Assembly (NCBI GenBank): GCA_030141605.1
Contig: JAQGDQ010000035.1
Span: forward strand, 955,219-1,019,218
Reading direction: 5' to 3'
Source: Tubiluchus corallicola
Taxonomy: Eukaryota; Animalia; Priapulida
Length of the DNA stretch: 64,000 nucleotides
Below the pieces are notes generated by a model. That model searched no databases. It saw nothing but the letters and a program-made list of their open reading frames with translations, and was not told the DNA's origin. This document shows positions 38,833-51,300 of this stretch, in pieces. Position 1 is the stretch's first letter; each line of letters begins with the position of its first letter. A program made the position numbers and the translations under genes.

Positions 38833-39620
38833 GTGTGCGCGTGTGTGAACTCTGAACTTTCACTCTGCTTATGAAGCGAAAGTCATTAAGCTAGGTATTG
38901 CGCCGAGGTCACCCAGTATTGCACCATTTGACCTCCCGCAGTTGACTTCCGTGACACGCCAGGTAATTTAAATTACTAGAGATCACAACCCTATCACCTT
39001 AGACATTGAATTATTACTTGGTGGGTTAATTTAACAATCAGTAATAACTTGTACTGACCCTAACAATGTAACATCCTGACTTGTTCATCTGCAAATGGCT
39101 AGCGCCGGACGCATTTTTATGTACGCTAATTGGCACCTTAACTCTTTAACTAGTCGGTGTGTCTTTTAATCTTCTCCTTTCTCGTTCACCAACCTCTGAC
39201 ACCTGAACTCATTAAATTCAAGGTACAAGCTGGGTGAGTCAGTTATAATCAAATTGTATGGTTTTCGTTATCAAACCAAGGAGGAGTATATTGTTTCCGA
39301 AATCTCATAATTTAATTATCCCAATTAATTTCTTATTCTAAATTTGATTCACAACAGACATTCATTTCCATAACACTCGAGGAAACAGTTTTGAACTGTA
39401 CAGAACACCAAGGATTCACAGCAGCGTGGACTCATCATGTAACTCTTTTGTTATGAGGTGTATTAATACGTGGAATCGATTGGCTTACCATGTGGTTACA
39501 GCAGCTGCTGTAAGCTCGTTCAAAAGTAAACTAGGCAATCATATGGTTAATAGTGTGAACATTTACTATGACAAACACATAATACACAGTTTGAAAGGCG
39601 TCTATAACGGCCTCATCAAA
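37270..39620 (+). mobile_element. CR1-like LINE 3' half, decayed and interrupted by solo LTR copy 3
   Basis: VTGGVP, MFVDDT, HLDLVV, LYKQIIHPRVEYTAPVWPP before the insertion; TRGNSFEL...F.MRCINTWNRL..VV.A..V.SFK.KL after it. Confidence 0.8.
38019..39356 (-). mobile_element. Solo LTR, copy 3 (contains (CT)n at 38771-38828)
   Basis: TGT...ACA termini and 4-bp TSD GACA (38015-38018 and 39357-39360). It splits the CR1 ORF2 tail cleanly. Minus-strand AATAAA at 38359-38364. Confidence 0.9.
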
Positions 39621-40475
39621 TAATGAGTTTGTAATTAACTGTGACTGTATTACTAATCATGATGCACGATTTTAAGATATTGTTCTGGGGTTAGACAGCC
39701 TCACGGCCCGCCATCAGTGATGCGGGTAAGCGCTGCATAACTCCACCCAGAAAACTTCAACAAAGCAACAAAACCAAAGCATAAACATGAAAAGCGACGA
39801 TTGAGAAGAACAACAAGAAAAAGCAAAACCTAATGACAATGCTTCAAATATGACAGGACCAACGACACTCGGCAGGCAGACAGAAGTGCATCCGACGACA
39901 GTACACAGACAACTGACGATGTCAAGCGCTAGTTTTTTCTATGGGAAACCACTGCTCAACCAATGTGGACAACGCCCTGTAGGTTGGTAGACCTGGTGCC
40001 TATGAATAAGTGCATTGCACAGTCACCTGTTTAGCTCAATATTTATGCGTCGAAGACGTACAAATACCTACCTTTTCTTCTGACAGAATTGTTTCCGAAA
40101 TCGTTACTAATTATAGACGTACACGCTTATTACTGTGGTCAATCGCTTTAAGAATTTCGAACAAATATTAAAACAATAAAGGAAAATCGCATGCACTTAG
40201 CGAGTGAAAATTTTCAGTTCAGAATTATTTAAGTGTTATCGAAAGGTACTCACTACGCAAACATTCTTTTAAAAATCTGCGTCATCGAACTTGCATGATA
40301 GTTTACAACTAGGGAAGATTTTTATCAATTTCACACGAAATCAACAAAGTCACAAATATATTTAACTTTACTTTCCTACTATAGTCATTGATATAGGCAC
40401 ATTTGTTTATCGTTGCTTATTATATTGTACAAAAACAACATGTATAATAAGTTTTGTGATTTGCTTCCTTTACAG

Positions 40476-40521
40476 AAGAAAAAACTCAAAGTTTCAGTGA
40501 ATGCCACATCTGTAATGTCAG
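40476..40521 (+). CDS. Probable GPCR C-tail exon
   Basis: Pyrimidine tract ttgcttcctttaCAG| and donor |GTAAGA. Translates KKKLKVSVNATSVMS; phase 0 to 1 is compatible with the donor after 33493. No homology support. Confidence 0.6.
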
Positions 40522-40687
40522 GTAAGATTCCATATTCTTACTGAAGAGAGAGAGAGTGCGGAGGGGAGATGAAGAGACAGAGAGAACAAATGATGGAGAC
40601 TGCCAGAGTGGAGAGAGGGGTAAAGAGGGAGAAGGAGTCAAAAGAGAAAAAACAAGAGCAAAAATAAAAACCAGACAATAATTTCAG

Positions 40688-40813
40688 ATGGCGACTCAGC
40701 AGTGTGTAGTCCTGATAGTGGAAATGAAATGACAAAACCACTGAAAACAGAATTGGATGTACTAAGAGTGGCAACAAAGGCATCCCCGTTTGCGGTGATA
40801 TATGTTCCTGCTG
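40688..40813 (+). CDS. Probable GPCR C-tail exon
   Basis: atttCAG|...|GTACGT. 126 nt open in phase 1: DGDSAVCSPDSGNEMTKPLKTELDVLRVATKASPFAVIYVPA. No homology support. Confidence 0.55.
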
Positions 40814-40841
40814 GTACGTAGTCTAATTTAAAAAACTAATC

Positions 40842-40898
40842 ATCGTATATATTAATTTCGGTGGTATGGGTTATACCACCGAAATTAATATATACGAT
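40842..40898. repeat. Perfect hairpin with 26-bp arms and a 5-nt loop
   Basis: ATCGTATATATTAATTTCGGTGGTAT-gggtt-ATACCACCGAAATTAATATATACGAT. Confidence 0.95.
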
Positions 40899-42074
40899 CA
40901 GGTTTCAGCTTAATCAAATTTTAAAGCATATAAAAATTAGTCAATTCTTAAGAAGAGATTCTTATTAGCGTAAGTGATGCACACAACCATTTGATTTCAC
41001 GTAAGTTTATATAGTATATTTGTATTTATATTTAGCTTGGAAAACTGCTAACGCAAAGCCATTGTTCTGACGTCATCCATTATACTCTACTTATAATCTT
41101 ATAACTTTAATTCAGTAAAAGCTGCTATTAGCTTTGCGTTATAAATGAGGACTATGTAGGATGTTCGCGTATTGTTGCTTATAAGTGTATTTATACGCAA
41201 TTTTTTTGCGGGGCCTTTGCTAGTTGTATATAATAATTTCGGTGGTATATATGGCTGAATATATAACCGACGAGGCTACAGCTCCAACGACGGCACCATT
41301 TTCGACGATCTATACGTCAAACGAAAGGTCTCCACCCATAGGTTCTCACCTGGTGGTATATTTTTCGAATCGGGACCACCAGGAGAAACGGGAGCCGACA
41401 AACCTCCAAAAATGACCATTTTGCCAGTTTTTTGCAAGAGTTATACCTCTTATTTCTAGAGTCCGGAAAGGGCCGCGGGTGGTGCTGGTAATAGCCCATT
41501 CAACTGTAGGTGTAATACTCATATTTAGATTTTGCGGAAGGGCCATTAACACCCGCTCCGGGCATTTTCCCGGACCCAACCGCGCAAATTTTGCAAAAAA
41601 CTGCTCAAACAGCCTCTAAAACAACTCAATTTGTGCAACTGTTTGGGCATGCTGTGAAAAAATAAGCGCACTCGCAGAAAGAAGACGAAACGGTCTACAA
41701 AATGTTGAAGGTTTTGTTCGGAGAAATGTATACTGGACGAAACGAGAGGGGTGTATTTCAAAGTTCTTTTTCTACCCCCTGTGCTGCACGCTATTCGGAA
41801 CATCCATTGTCTTTGTGTTTGAGAAATTTCGCGGCTGTTCCAGGCATTGTTGTCACCCGCCGTTCTACAGTGTTATAGATTGTACATATAAATAAGTTCT
41901 GTTAGCTTATTATCATCTGAGTAGCAGCAAACAATACTATGTTGAATGTCCGCACATTATTGATCATTGGTAGATGGGTTTAAGAGCATTTGCTGTAGCA
42001 CACCGTTTCAACTTTATACAAAATGTTTTGCATGGTTTCACTATGATGCTCTGCTGTTGGTGTTAATGCTGTAG

Positions 42075-42350
42075 GTATCATCAGCATCGTCATCGTCATC
42101 ATCATCATGATCACCATGTTATGTGGTTGGTGCGTTGAATGTGCTGTGGATGGTGTGGTGGGCTGGTGGGGTGTGTGTGAGGTTGGTGTTGGTGTAGTGT
42201 GGTGGGTGTTGTTTGTTGTGGGTGGTGTGGTGTTGTGGTATGGTGTGCTGTTGTGGTATGGTGTGGGTGGTGTGGTGTTGTGTTGCGGTATGATGTGGGA
42301 GGTATGGTGTGGTGTAGGTGGTGTGGTGTGTGGTGTGTCTTGTTGTTGTG
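42075..42350. repeat. (CAT)n plus GT-rich (TGG/GTG) low-complexity tract
   Basis: Read directly from the sequence. Confidence 0.9.
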
Positions 42351-42737
42351 AGTTTATGCGCAAAATTCTTTTGCGGTGTTTGGCTAGTTAAAATTAATAC
42401 TGAATCGTCGCGTTCCATGCGCTGTCGCTATAACAACGAGAACAGCAATACCAATTTAATATCAAGCTGTTCTATTTCATGTTCACCAGTTGAATATATC
42501 AGCATGTACGTATTGAGAGTGATGCAGAATAGGAAACAAGGGAGTACTGTATACCGAGAGGTGCATTAATGATTAGGCTATGCCACGCACTATACAGATC
42601 ACAAGAATGATCAGCAAATTTCGATTTGATTAAACAGTTATTGCCTTTAGCCTGTGCAGAGATGTATATTTGATCTTTGCATATTCATATTCTATCACTG
42701 TTTTCATGTACTGTTTTCAAGTCAAATGCCAGAAAAT

Positions 42738-43301
42738 CAGCCCTGGATTAACCATTAAGCAAAATAAGCACGTGAATAGGGAGTAAGGGGAAGAGGCCTC
42801 CTACACAGTTTTTTCAAATTATCCAAAAATAAAATACATCAGAATGTGGCAGTTTCTCTGCTTGTTTAGAATGTGAAATGGACCAACATCAATTTCTGAA
42901 AAAAATGTCAGGTAAATTTTTCAACTTTTGTATTAGCATTTTTCACTCATCAGTTTCCTTAAGAAATGAAAATTTACAGAGTGTTTGCTAGGATAGGTTT
43001 TGCTCACTGTATATTATGCTGATCTTTTGTAATAAGCTGATCTGTCCAATTTGCATATAGATGTGCTGAATGGCTGTCCCTTCATAAGATTTAGTCTCTC
43101 TATATATTTTTAATCTAATACCATTTTTCTATGCATTGTAAAACTGCCGCCCTTGCATTTACTGTAGATAGGTTTTTTAATTTCGAAAGATAAAATTTCA
43201 TTTTTGACCGTTTCGTATTGTTTTTATTCTGAAATACGCACATGAGAAGGTACCATAATTTTTCCCTGCTTAGGGCTTCTTGAAATCTTAATCCGGCGCT
43301 G
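42738..43301. mobile_element. hAT-like MITE
   Basis: Imperfect TIRs CAGCCCTGGATTAA and TTAATCCGGCGCTG. An 8-bp TSD is not convincing. Confidence 0.55.
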
Positions 43302-43589
43302 TAGACTAGGTTAATGACAATATTTTAGCAAAATATTAAGCTGATAACTTATTAGCACCACTAGTCATTTTAACATCAAAGAACAGCATCTATCAGTTGT
43401 TCTCTATTGTAATCTTTCGGGCTAAAATTTCCATTGTTTTCTATTACTAAATTTTTATTATTTACTATAAGTTGTGCAATGACATAACTCTATTACTACG
43501 TACTGCCGACCTCAACTAATCATTATAATATTCCGGGTTGGAATGAATATGTAGAAGAAAAATACGAGCGCTCTATATTATTCTTTCTT

Positions 43590-44650
43590 TTACGAAGACC
43601 TACAAGAGATTGTCCAGCTAGGGGTAAACTGTGTACAAACTGTCATAAGCTTAATCACTTTTCAAAAGTTTGTAGAAGTAAAATTTGTTATGGTAGCGAA
43701 TATCAAAAACATGATAATACTAAATTATGTGCTACTGCCTCATGCGTTTTGGCTAAGCAGAAAAAACTAGTCAAAAAACACCACAGGCTAACACAAAATT
43801 TGCAACCTCCCTACTAGCTGAGAACAAACAGCATACCCCATCTTGAATGGACGAACATGTATTTCCGCCCATGCCAGGTTCGTCCATATCAGTTCTACAT
43901 AATGCCCATGAAAATTTTGGCAAACAGTTATACCCTACCAGATATGCACTGATCCTGGTGCAAAAACTTGTTCCAACGGACCAGAATTACTGCATCAATT
44001 ACGTATCCCCAAATCATACTTAATACCCTCATCCCATATTACAGTTGGCATAACGGAGACAAGTGTGGAAATCATGGGTGTACTACTGCTTAAATTTCAA
44101 TTTTGTTGAACAAGTAACACGGCAAGTTACATATATTTGTAAAAACACGACAGGCATGTACTTATCAGAACAAGCCCTAAGAGATCTGGGTGGTCTACCA
44201 GAAAATTTTCCAAAAGCCGGAATGTTCACACAAACCTCAAAATCGTGTCGAAGTGTAAGTCCACACAATAATGATTGCAAATTCTTAAACGATCGTCACT
44301 GCCAACAAAACCTATGCAAATTCCCTTTACACCAAAAGAGCATTGAGGCTTCCATGCTACTGGTAATGGCTATACGAAACGTTTCTATGACATCACCAAC
44401 CATTTTGAGAGGAAAACTCTTGTGGGATAAGAACTTGGAAAATGGCTTTCTCACATTATGCTCTAGTAATAAAATTGTGTTTAACCACCTAACGTTCAAT
44501 TTTCCAGAAGAAGTGGAAATCGCAGGATTCACAATAACACATCATGGCATTAAACCTACAAAACACATTATAGAGGCCATAAAGAACTTCCCCACCCGCA
44601 AAAAATATTACTGATCCTGGTTTGGGCTTGTAAATCAGGTCCTCTACGCT
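43590..44650 (+). mobile_element. Ty3/Gypsy gag-pol fragment
   Basis: Gag knuckle DCPARGKLCTNCHKLNHFSKVCRSK (~43608-43680), protease-like DPGAKTC, YLSEQALRDLG, and RT end VEIAGFTITHHGIKP...IEAIKNFPT...WFGLVNQV. Confidence 0.75.
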
Positions 44651-44659
44651 TTTAATTTA

Positions 44660-45003
44660 AGAATAATAATTTATTGAATATTTTAATGCTTTTTACATGA
44701 TGGTCAAATGCATCTTATAAATAAAAGATCATCAAAATTACTAAAAAAAAGTTATTTATAAGATAATTAAGACAATGGCACATTGATTGATTAAAAGTAC
44801 ATTGAATATGACAGAAAAGGAAAAATAATAAAAGCAATGCCATAAAACATACACAATCGTAAAAAATACAAGATTAGCTCATCCACAGAAGGCTTCATTA
44901 AAATAGTAAGTTTTCAGACTTTTTTGAAATTATCAATTGACTTGATCAGGCATAATTGCAGGGGCAACGAGTTCCACATTTTGGGGGCAGCAGAAGTGAA
45001 TGA
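44660..45003 (-). mobile_element. L2-type LINE 3' end
   Basis: Minus strand reads FTSAAPKMWNSLPLQL...FKKSLKTYYFNEAF, followed by an A/T-rich tail. Confidence 0.7.
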
Positions 45004-45004
45004 T

Positions 45005-45089
45005 TGTTGTTGTTGCTGCTGTTGTTGTTATTGTTGTTGTTGTTGTTGCTGCTGCTGCTGCTGTTGTTGTTGTTGTTGTTGTTGTTGTT
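45005..45089. repeat. (TGT/TGC)n trinucleotide repeat
   Basis: Read directly from the sequence. Confidence 0.95.
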
Positions 45090-45654
45090 TTTTAAAATGC
45101 TGTAACTTTAGCTTACTTTTCTTATTGCAGGGAAAAATTTGAAATAACGAGGAAACACAGTGAATGTGTCACAGAGTCAACATACCAGCACTATGCATTA
45201 TCTAGCTCTGATGTCTTTGCTTGCTCACGATCTAAACCGATGCGCTAATGATGAACTAGAATATAGCAGGATACAATCTCATATTAAAATCACGAGGAAA
45301 AAACAGAATCACTGGCCACAAATGCAAAAGCTAATGAGATATCTTGCAGAAATCCTAGATTATATGTGCCTGAAACAGTTGTTAAACCAATAGGTGCAAG
45401 ACAAATCAAGATGTTTTTTAATTATCAACCAGCAAGGGTTTGAAAAATAAAATGGTCGAATTTATTATGGGGAACATGCAAAAACTATGGGTGAATGCAG
45501 TACAGAAAACTGACTAAAGATATATAGTAGTTAAGAGAACCACTTAATAATTTTGAGCACAGCCCATGTAGTAGTAAATATTGTTAACAGGTAGTGTATT
45601 GGTAATGTGGATATATTTTTAAAATTTAACTAAAGTCGAAGTGTGCACCTATAA

Positions 45655-45905
45655 ATAATAAATAATCATCTTTATTTAAAGTCGGCTTTTGGATGAACAA
45701 TTAACTTAAGCTCCAAAGAACTTTTGAACCGTCTGCAAATAATAATCTGCATAGCAGAGACTATTATTATCCCATTTTTACCTTAAATACCACGCGCCAG
45801 GTAGGGCCACAGCTGGTACCATTTTGCCTTTGGTATAATCCGGTCGATGTATCGGCCGCCCATACGGAAAGCGGACGCATTGCCACTAGGCCAAACAACC
45901 TGGTC
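45655..45905 (-). mobile_element. tRNA-derived SINE (MetaSINE-like core)
   Basis: Minus strand has an A-box TGGCCTAGTGG, then CCAAAG..AAAATGGTACCAGCTG...TTAAGG resembling the Meta domain as I recall it, and an AATAAA/ATT-rich tail. The B-box is degraded. Confidence 0.45.
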
Positions 45906-46599
45906 GCTGTTAATAACCTCATAACACTTAATAACAAAAGCATGCTAGCGACGTTAGGCATTACCTTGAGCGCAGCCCGCGTGGTGTCAAATAAACAGAT
46001 TTGTTGACAAGATTAACGTGGAAACTGTTAAAAATGTAACTAAATTGAAGTGCTCCACCTAATAATATAAAGACAATGCAAGTGAAATCGGACATTACTG
46101 ACACTTTGAGAACAGACCATACAGTGTTAAGTGAACAGATTTAGTGGTCAGGTTAGAGCCGAAAACTGTTGAAAGTCTAGTTAAATTTAAGTGGTCCACA
46201 CAATATTTTATTTTACTGATAAGTAATAAATTTTACACTCTTAGCACCTGTCCAAACAGATGCGATATACAAACACAGTATTTACAAGATTCTTGTCCAG
46301 CAAATGTGCCACCACTTCTGCTTTCAATAGTTAGTCTAAACTATTGACTAAATATGAACCTAACACATAATTGTAAAGAAGACAACGAGCCCATTAAGTC
46401 ACAAAAATTTCATTCTTTAAAGAATCACCCCAAACTTTAATTTGATATATTACTAGATATGAATGAGATATTCCCTGTTGATCACCTTTGGGTGACCCCA
46501 GGTGGGCCATCGTTTTGGCAGTGTCTAAAAACTCTAGCATTACAGTGTCTTCTGTACATTGCATTTGTTTAGCCTCGAAATTGTCAAATAATACGTACT

Positions 46600-48350
46600 T
46601 TATCTGTTTTGACAGAAATGTTCCCTGTAGATGAACGTTAGGTGACACCAGGTAGGCCAACATTTGTTAGTGTTTCTTTTGATTAGACACTCGAGATTGG
46701 CAGTAGATTTCTTCTGTCCAAATGTTTGAGAATGCTCTAGATTAGTTCAGACTAGATATTGATGTTTGCCTGTATGCCTTAATAGATGACTGGGATTGGG
46801 CTTGGGTGCCCTCTGATTTGATACATGAGACGTTAACAAACGCTTGATGTTGTCTGGAGATGTCTTCTTACCAAGTGGTTGTGGTTGCCTGTAGAAATCT
46901 TATGATCAGTTACCAGGGATTGGCAAGAGATTCTCTTCTGGTCATATGTTTGAGAATGCTCTAGATGAGTTCTGACTAGATGTTTCAGCTTGTCTGTAGA
47001 CCTTAACAGATAAGTGAGATTTGATGTAGATGTCTTCAGGATTGAAGTACAAGCAGGTGTTTTATGTTGCTTGTAGCTTCTCATCTTACCAAGTGGTTGA
47101 AGTTGCTTGTATATTACCTCATCTTACCAGATGATGAATTGCCTGCAAATTTCTTCTGGTCTGGTACCTAAGATTGGCAATATAATTCTTCCTACTAAAT
47201 GTTTAAGTTTGGTCAGTACATGTATTCTGACAAGCTAGTTGAGGCTGTCTGCGTATGTCTCTATTCAAATAACTAACATGTCCTGTACAATGTTTCATAT
47301 GGCTTGTAGATATCTTTTATTTTACCAAATGGTTGAAGTTGCTTGTATCTGTCTCATCTTCCAGATGGCAGATTTCTTCTGCACAGGAACCTGAGACAGA
47401 CAATAGAGGTTTTTCTACATAGAGGTTCTGACTAGATGTTTCAGCTGGTCTGTAGATCTTAACAGATGATTGAGATTGGACGTAGATGTTTCCAGAGTTA
47501 AGGTAATAGTAGTTGTGGTAAATTGCTTGTAGATGCCATCTTGCCAAACGATTAAAGTTGCCTGTATCTAAGTTATCATACCAGATGATGAGTAGCCGGC
47601 AGATTTCTTCTAATCAAGTGCCTGGGATTGGCAATAAAACTCTTCCTACAAGATGCATAACTGGCCATGCATGTCTTCTGTCAAGCTAACTGAGGCTGTC
47701 TGTGTATGTCTCTATTCATATAACTAACATTGCCTGTACAACTCTTCTGATTATAACTTAAAATTGGCAGTAGATTTCTTCTAATGTCCTTCTGGCGGTA
47801 GAACTCTTCCAACCATATGCTTGAGTTTAGCCGTATATGTCTACTGACGAGCTAATTGAGTCGGTCTGCGTGTGTTCCTATTCAGATGCTCAATATTGCC
47901 TGTAGAAGCTTCTCCCACACGCCTGAGATTAGCAGTAGATATATTCTGCTCAAATGTTTTTGTTATTGCTTTAAACGAGTTCTAACTAGAAGTTACAGTT
48001 TGCCTGTAAATCTTAACAGATACTCGAGACTGGATGTAAATGTCTTCAAGCTTGAAGTATTAGTAGATGTTTTAGGTTGTTTGTAGATGTCCACTTACCA
48101 AACGTTTGAAGTTGGCTGTATCAACGTCATCTTCCAGGTGACGGGATACCGGCAAGTTTGTTCTGCTCAAGTATATCAGATTGGCAACAGAACTCTCCCT
48201 AGCAGATTGACGATAGTCGGTCTGCGTATATTTCTATTCAGATGCTCAAAATTGCCTGTAGAAGCTTCTGCCATACACTTGAGATTGGCAGTAGATGTCT
48301 TTTGTTCAGATGTTTTTCGTATTGCTCTAGATGAGTTCTGACTAGGTGTT
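46600..48350. repeat. Diverged monomeric margin of the satellite (~30-34 bp monomers)
   Basis: Recurrent TCTTACCAGATG.TTGAG.TTGCCTGTAGA-like units, e.g. adjacent 30-mers at 46971-47000 and 47001-47030. Confidence 0.8.
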
Positions 48351-51300
48351 TCGGGTTGTTTGTAGATGTTTGTGACTGCTCTAAATGAGTTCTGGTTAGA
48401 TGCTGTAGTTTTGTCTATATATCTCAATAGATGAGTAGAATTGGATCTACGTGTCAGATATTTCAGATTGCTCGAAGTCAATTCTTATTAGGAGTTTCAG
48501 GATTTCTGAAGATCTGAACAGGTTATTGCGATTCAGAGGTAAATGCCTTCGGACTTGATGTAGATGTTTTAGGTTGCGTGTAGATGCCATTTTACCAAAC
48601 GGTTGAGTCTTTCTATCATATGCTTAAGTTTAGGTGTACGTGTCTTCTAACAAGCTAATTGAGGCATTCTGCGCCCTTCAGCCTAAAATAGACGCCATTT
48701 TACCAAACGGTTGAGTCTTTCTACCAGATGCTTGGGTTTGGTCATTGGTGTCTTCTAAGAAGCTAATTGAGGCTGCCGGTGTATTTCTCTATCAGACGCA
48801 CATCTCATTGCCTAGCATTGCCTGTAGAAGCCTTCTGCCATGTACTCTTGAAGGGCAGTACATTTCTTCTGCCCAGATGTTTGAGATTAGTCTGAGTGAC
48901 TTCTGACTAGATGTTTCTACCTACATGTCTGATATTGCTCTATGTGAGTTCTGACTAGATGTTTCGGGTTGTTTGTAGATGTTTGGGACTGCTCTAAATG
49001 AGTTCTGGTTAGATGTTGTAGTTTTGACTATATATCTCAATAGATGAGAAGAATTGAATCTACGTGTCAAATATTTCAGAATTTTCTAAGTGAATTCTTA
49101 TTAGGAGTTTCAGGATTTCTGTAGATCTCAACAGATTACTGCGATCAAACGTAAATGCCTTCAGACTTGATGTAGATGCTTTAGGTTGCGTATAGATGGA
49201 ATCTTACCAAACGGTTGAATATTCCTATCATATGCTTAAGCTTAGGTGTACGTGTCTTCTAACAAGCTAATTGAGGCATTCTGTGTACTTCCCTGTTCAG
49301 ATGCTTAACATTGCCTGTAGAAGCCTTCTGCCATGTACTCTTGAAGGGCATTACATTTCTTCTGCCCAGATGTTTGAGATTAGTCTGAGTGAATTCTGAC
49401 TAGATGTTTCGGGTTGTTTGTAGAAGTTTGGGCCTGCTGTAAATGAATTCTGGTTAGATGCTGTAGTTTTGTCTATATATCTCAATAGATGAGTAGAATT
49501 GGATGTGCGTGTCAGATGTTTCAGATTGCTCTAAGTGAGTTCTTATTAGTAGTTTCAGGATTTCTGTAGATCTCAACAGATTACTGCGATCAAACGTAAA
49601 TGCCTTCAGACATGATGTCGATGTTTTAGGTTGCGTATAGATGCCATCTTACCAAACGGTTAAAACTTCCTACTAGATGCTTGGGTTTGGTCATTGATGT
49701 CTTCTAAGAAGCTAATTGAAGCTACCGGTGTATTTTTCTATCAGACGCACATCTCATTGCCTAATATTGCCTGTACTGGTCCTCTGGCTAGGTATCTGAG
49801 ATTTGAAATGGATTTCATCTGTCTACATGCTAGAGATTGCTTTAAGGGCGTTCTGACCAGATGTTTGAGATTACTCTGAGTGAGTTCTGACTAGAAGTTT
49901 CGGGTGGCTTGTAGAAGTTTGGGCCTGCTCTAAATGAATTCTGGTTAGATGCTGGTAGTTTTGTCTATATATCTCAATAGCTGAGTAGAATTAAATGTAC
50001 GTGTCAGATATTTCAGAATTTTCTAAGTGAATTCTTATTAGGAGTTTCAGGATTTCTGTAGATCTCAACAGATTACTGCGATCAAACGTAAATGCCTTCA
50101 GACTTGATGTAGATGCTTTAGGTTGCGTATAGATGGAATCTTACCAAACGGTTGAATATTCCTATCATATGCTTAAGCTTAGGTGTACGTGTCTTCTAAC
50201 AAGCTAATTGAGGCATTCTGTGTACTTCCCTGTTCAGATGCTTAACATTGCCTGTAGAAGCCTTCTGCCATGTACTCTTGAAGGGCATTACATTTCTTCT
50301 GCCCAGATGTTTGAGATTAGTCTGAGTGACTTCTGACTAGATGTTTCTACCTACATGTCTGATATTGCTCTATGTGAGTTCTGACTAGATGTTTCGGGTT
50401 GTTTGTAGATGTTTGGGACTGCTCTAAATGAGTTCTGGTTAGATGTTGTAGTTTTGTCTATATATCTCAATAGATGAGTAGAATTGGATGTACGTGTCAG
50501 ATATTTCAGATTGCTCTAAGTGAGTTCTTATTAGGTGTTTCGGGATTTCTGTAGATCTCAACAGATTACTGCGATCAAACGTAAATGCCTTCAGACTTGA
50601 AGTAGATGTTTTAGGCTGGCGGGGACTGCTCTAAATGAGTTTTGACTAGATGCTGCAGTTCATCTAGATATCTTAATAAATTAATACAATTTGATGTGGA
50701 TGCCTTCTAACGAGATGTGTGATGTGTTCTCTCATTGTATAACATTGCCTGTACAGTTCGTCTGGTTAGGTATCTGAGATTCGAAATAGACTTCACCAGT
50801 CTAGATGCTAGAGATTACTCTTAGTGCGTTCTGACTAGATGTTTCAGAATGCCTGTATATCTTAGATGTACGTGTCTTCTAACAAGCCAATTGAGGCTTT
50901 CTGTGTATTTCCCTATTCAGATGCGTAACATTGCCTGTAGAAGTCTTCTGCCATATACTTTTGATTGGCAGTACATTTCTTCCTCCCAGATGTTTGAGAT
51001 TACTTTGAGTGAGTTCTGACTGGATGTTTCGGGTTGTTTGTAGATGTTTGGGACTGCTCTAAATGAGTTCTGGTTAGATGTTGTAGTTTTGTCTATATAT
51101 CTCAATAGATGAGTAGAATTGGATGTACATGCCAGATATTTCAGATTGTTCTAAGTGAATTCTTATTAGGAGTTTCAGGATTTGTGTAGATCTCAACAGA
51201 TTACAGCGATCAAACGTAAATGCCTTCAGACTTGAAGTAGATGTTTTAGGCTGGCGGGGACTGCTCTAAATGAGTTTTGACTAGATGCTGCAGTTCATCT

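Noticed and set aside
41980-42418. His/Thr/Pro-rich and Val/Gly-rich ORFs
   Set aside because: Translation of a GT-rich low-complexity tract.
45131-45248. Candidate terminal GPCR exon after a good acceptor (cttattgCAG)
   Set aside because: In the phase required by the 40813 donor it stops after five codons. The longer frame needs an unidentified intervening exon, so it was not called.
46833-48481. Minus-strand ST.NL.HL.R peptide repeats suggesting a BED-finger or LRR-like protein
   Set aside because: They reflect the 30-bp monomer. Spacing does not fit the motifs, there are no Cys ligands, and frames break constantly.
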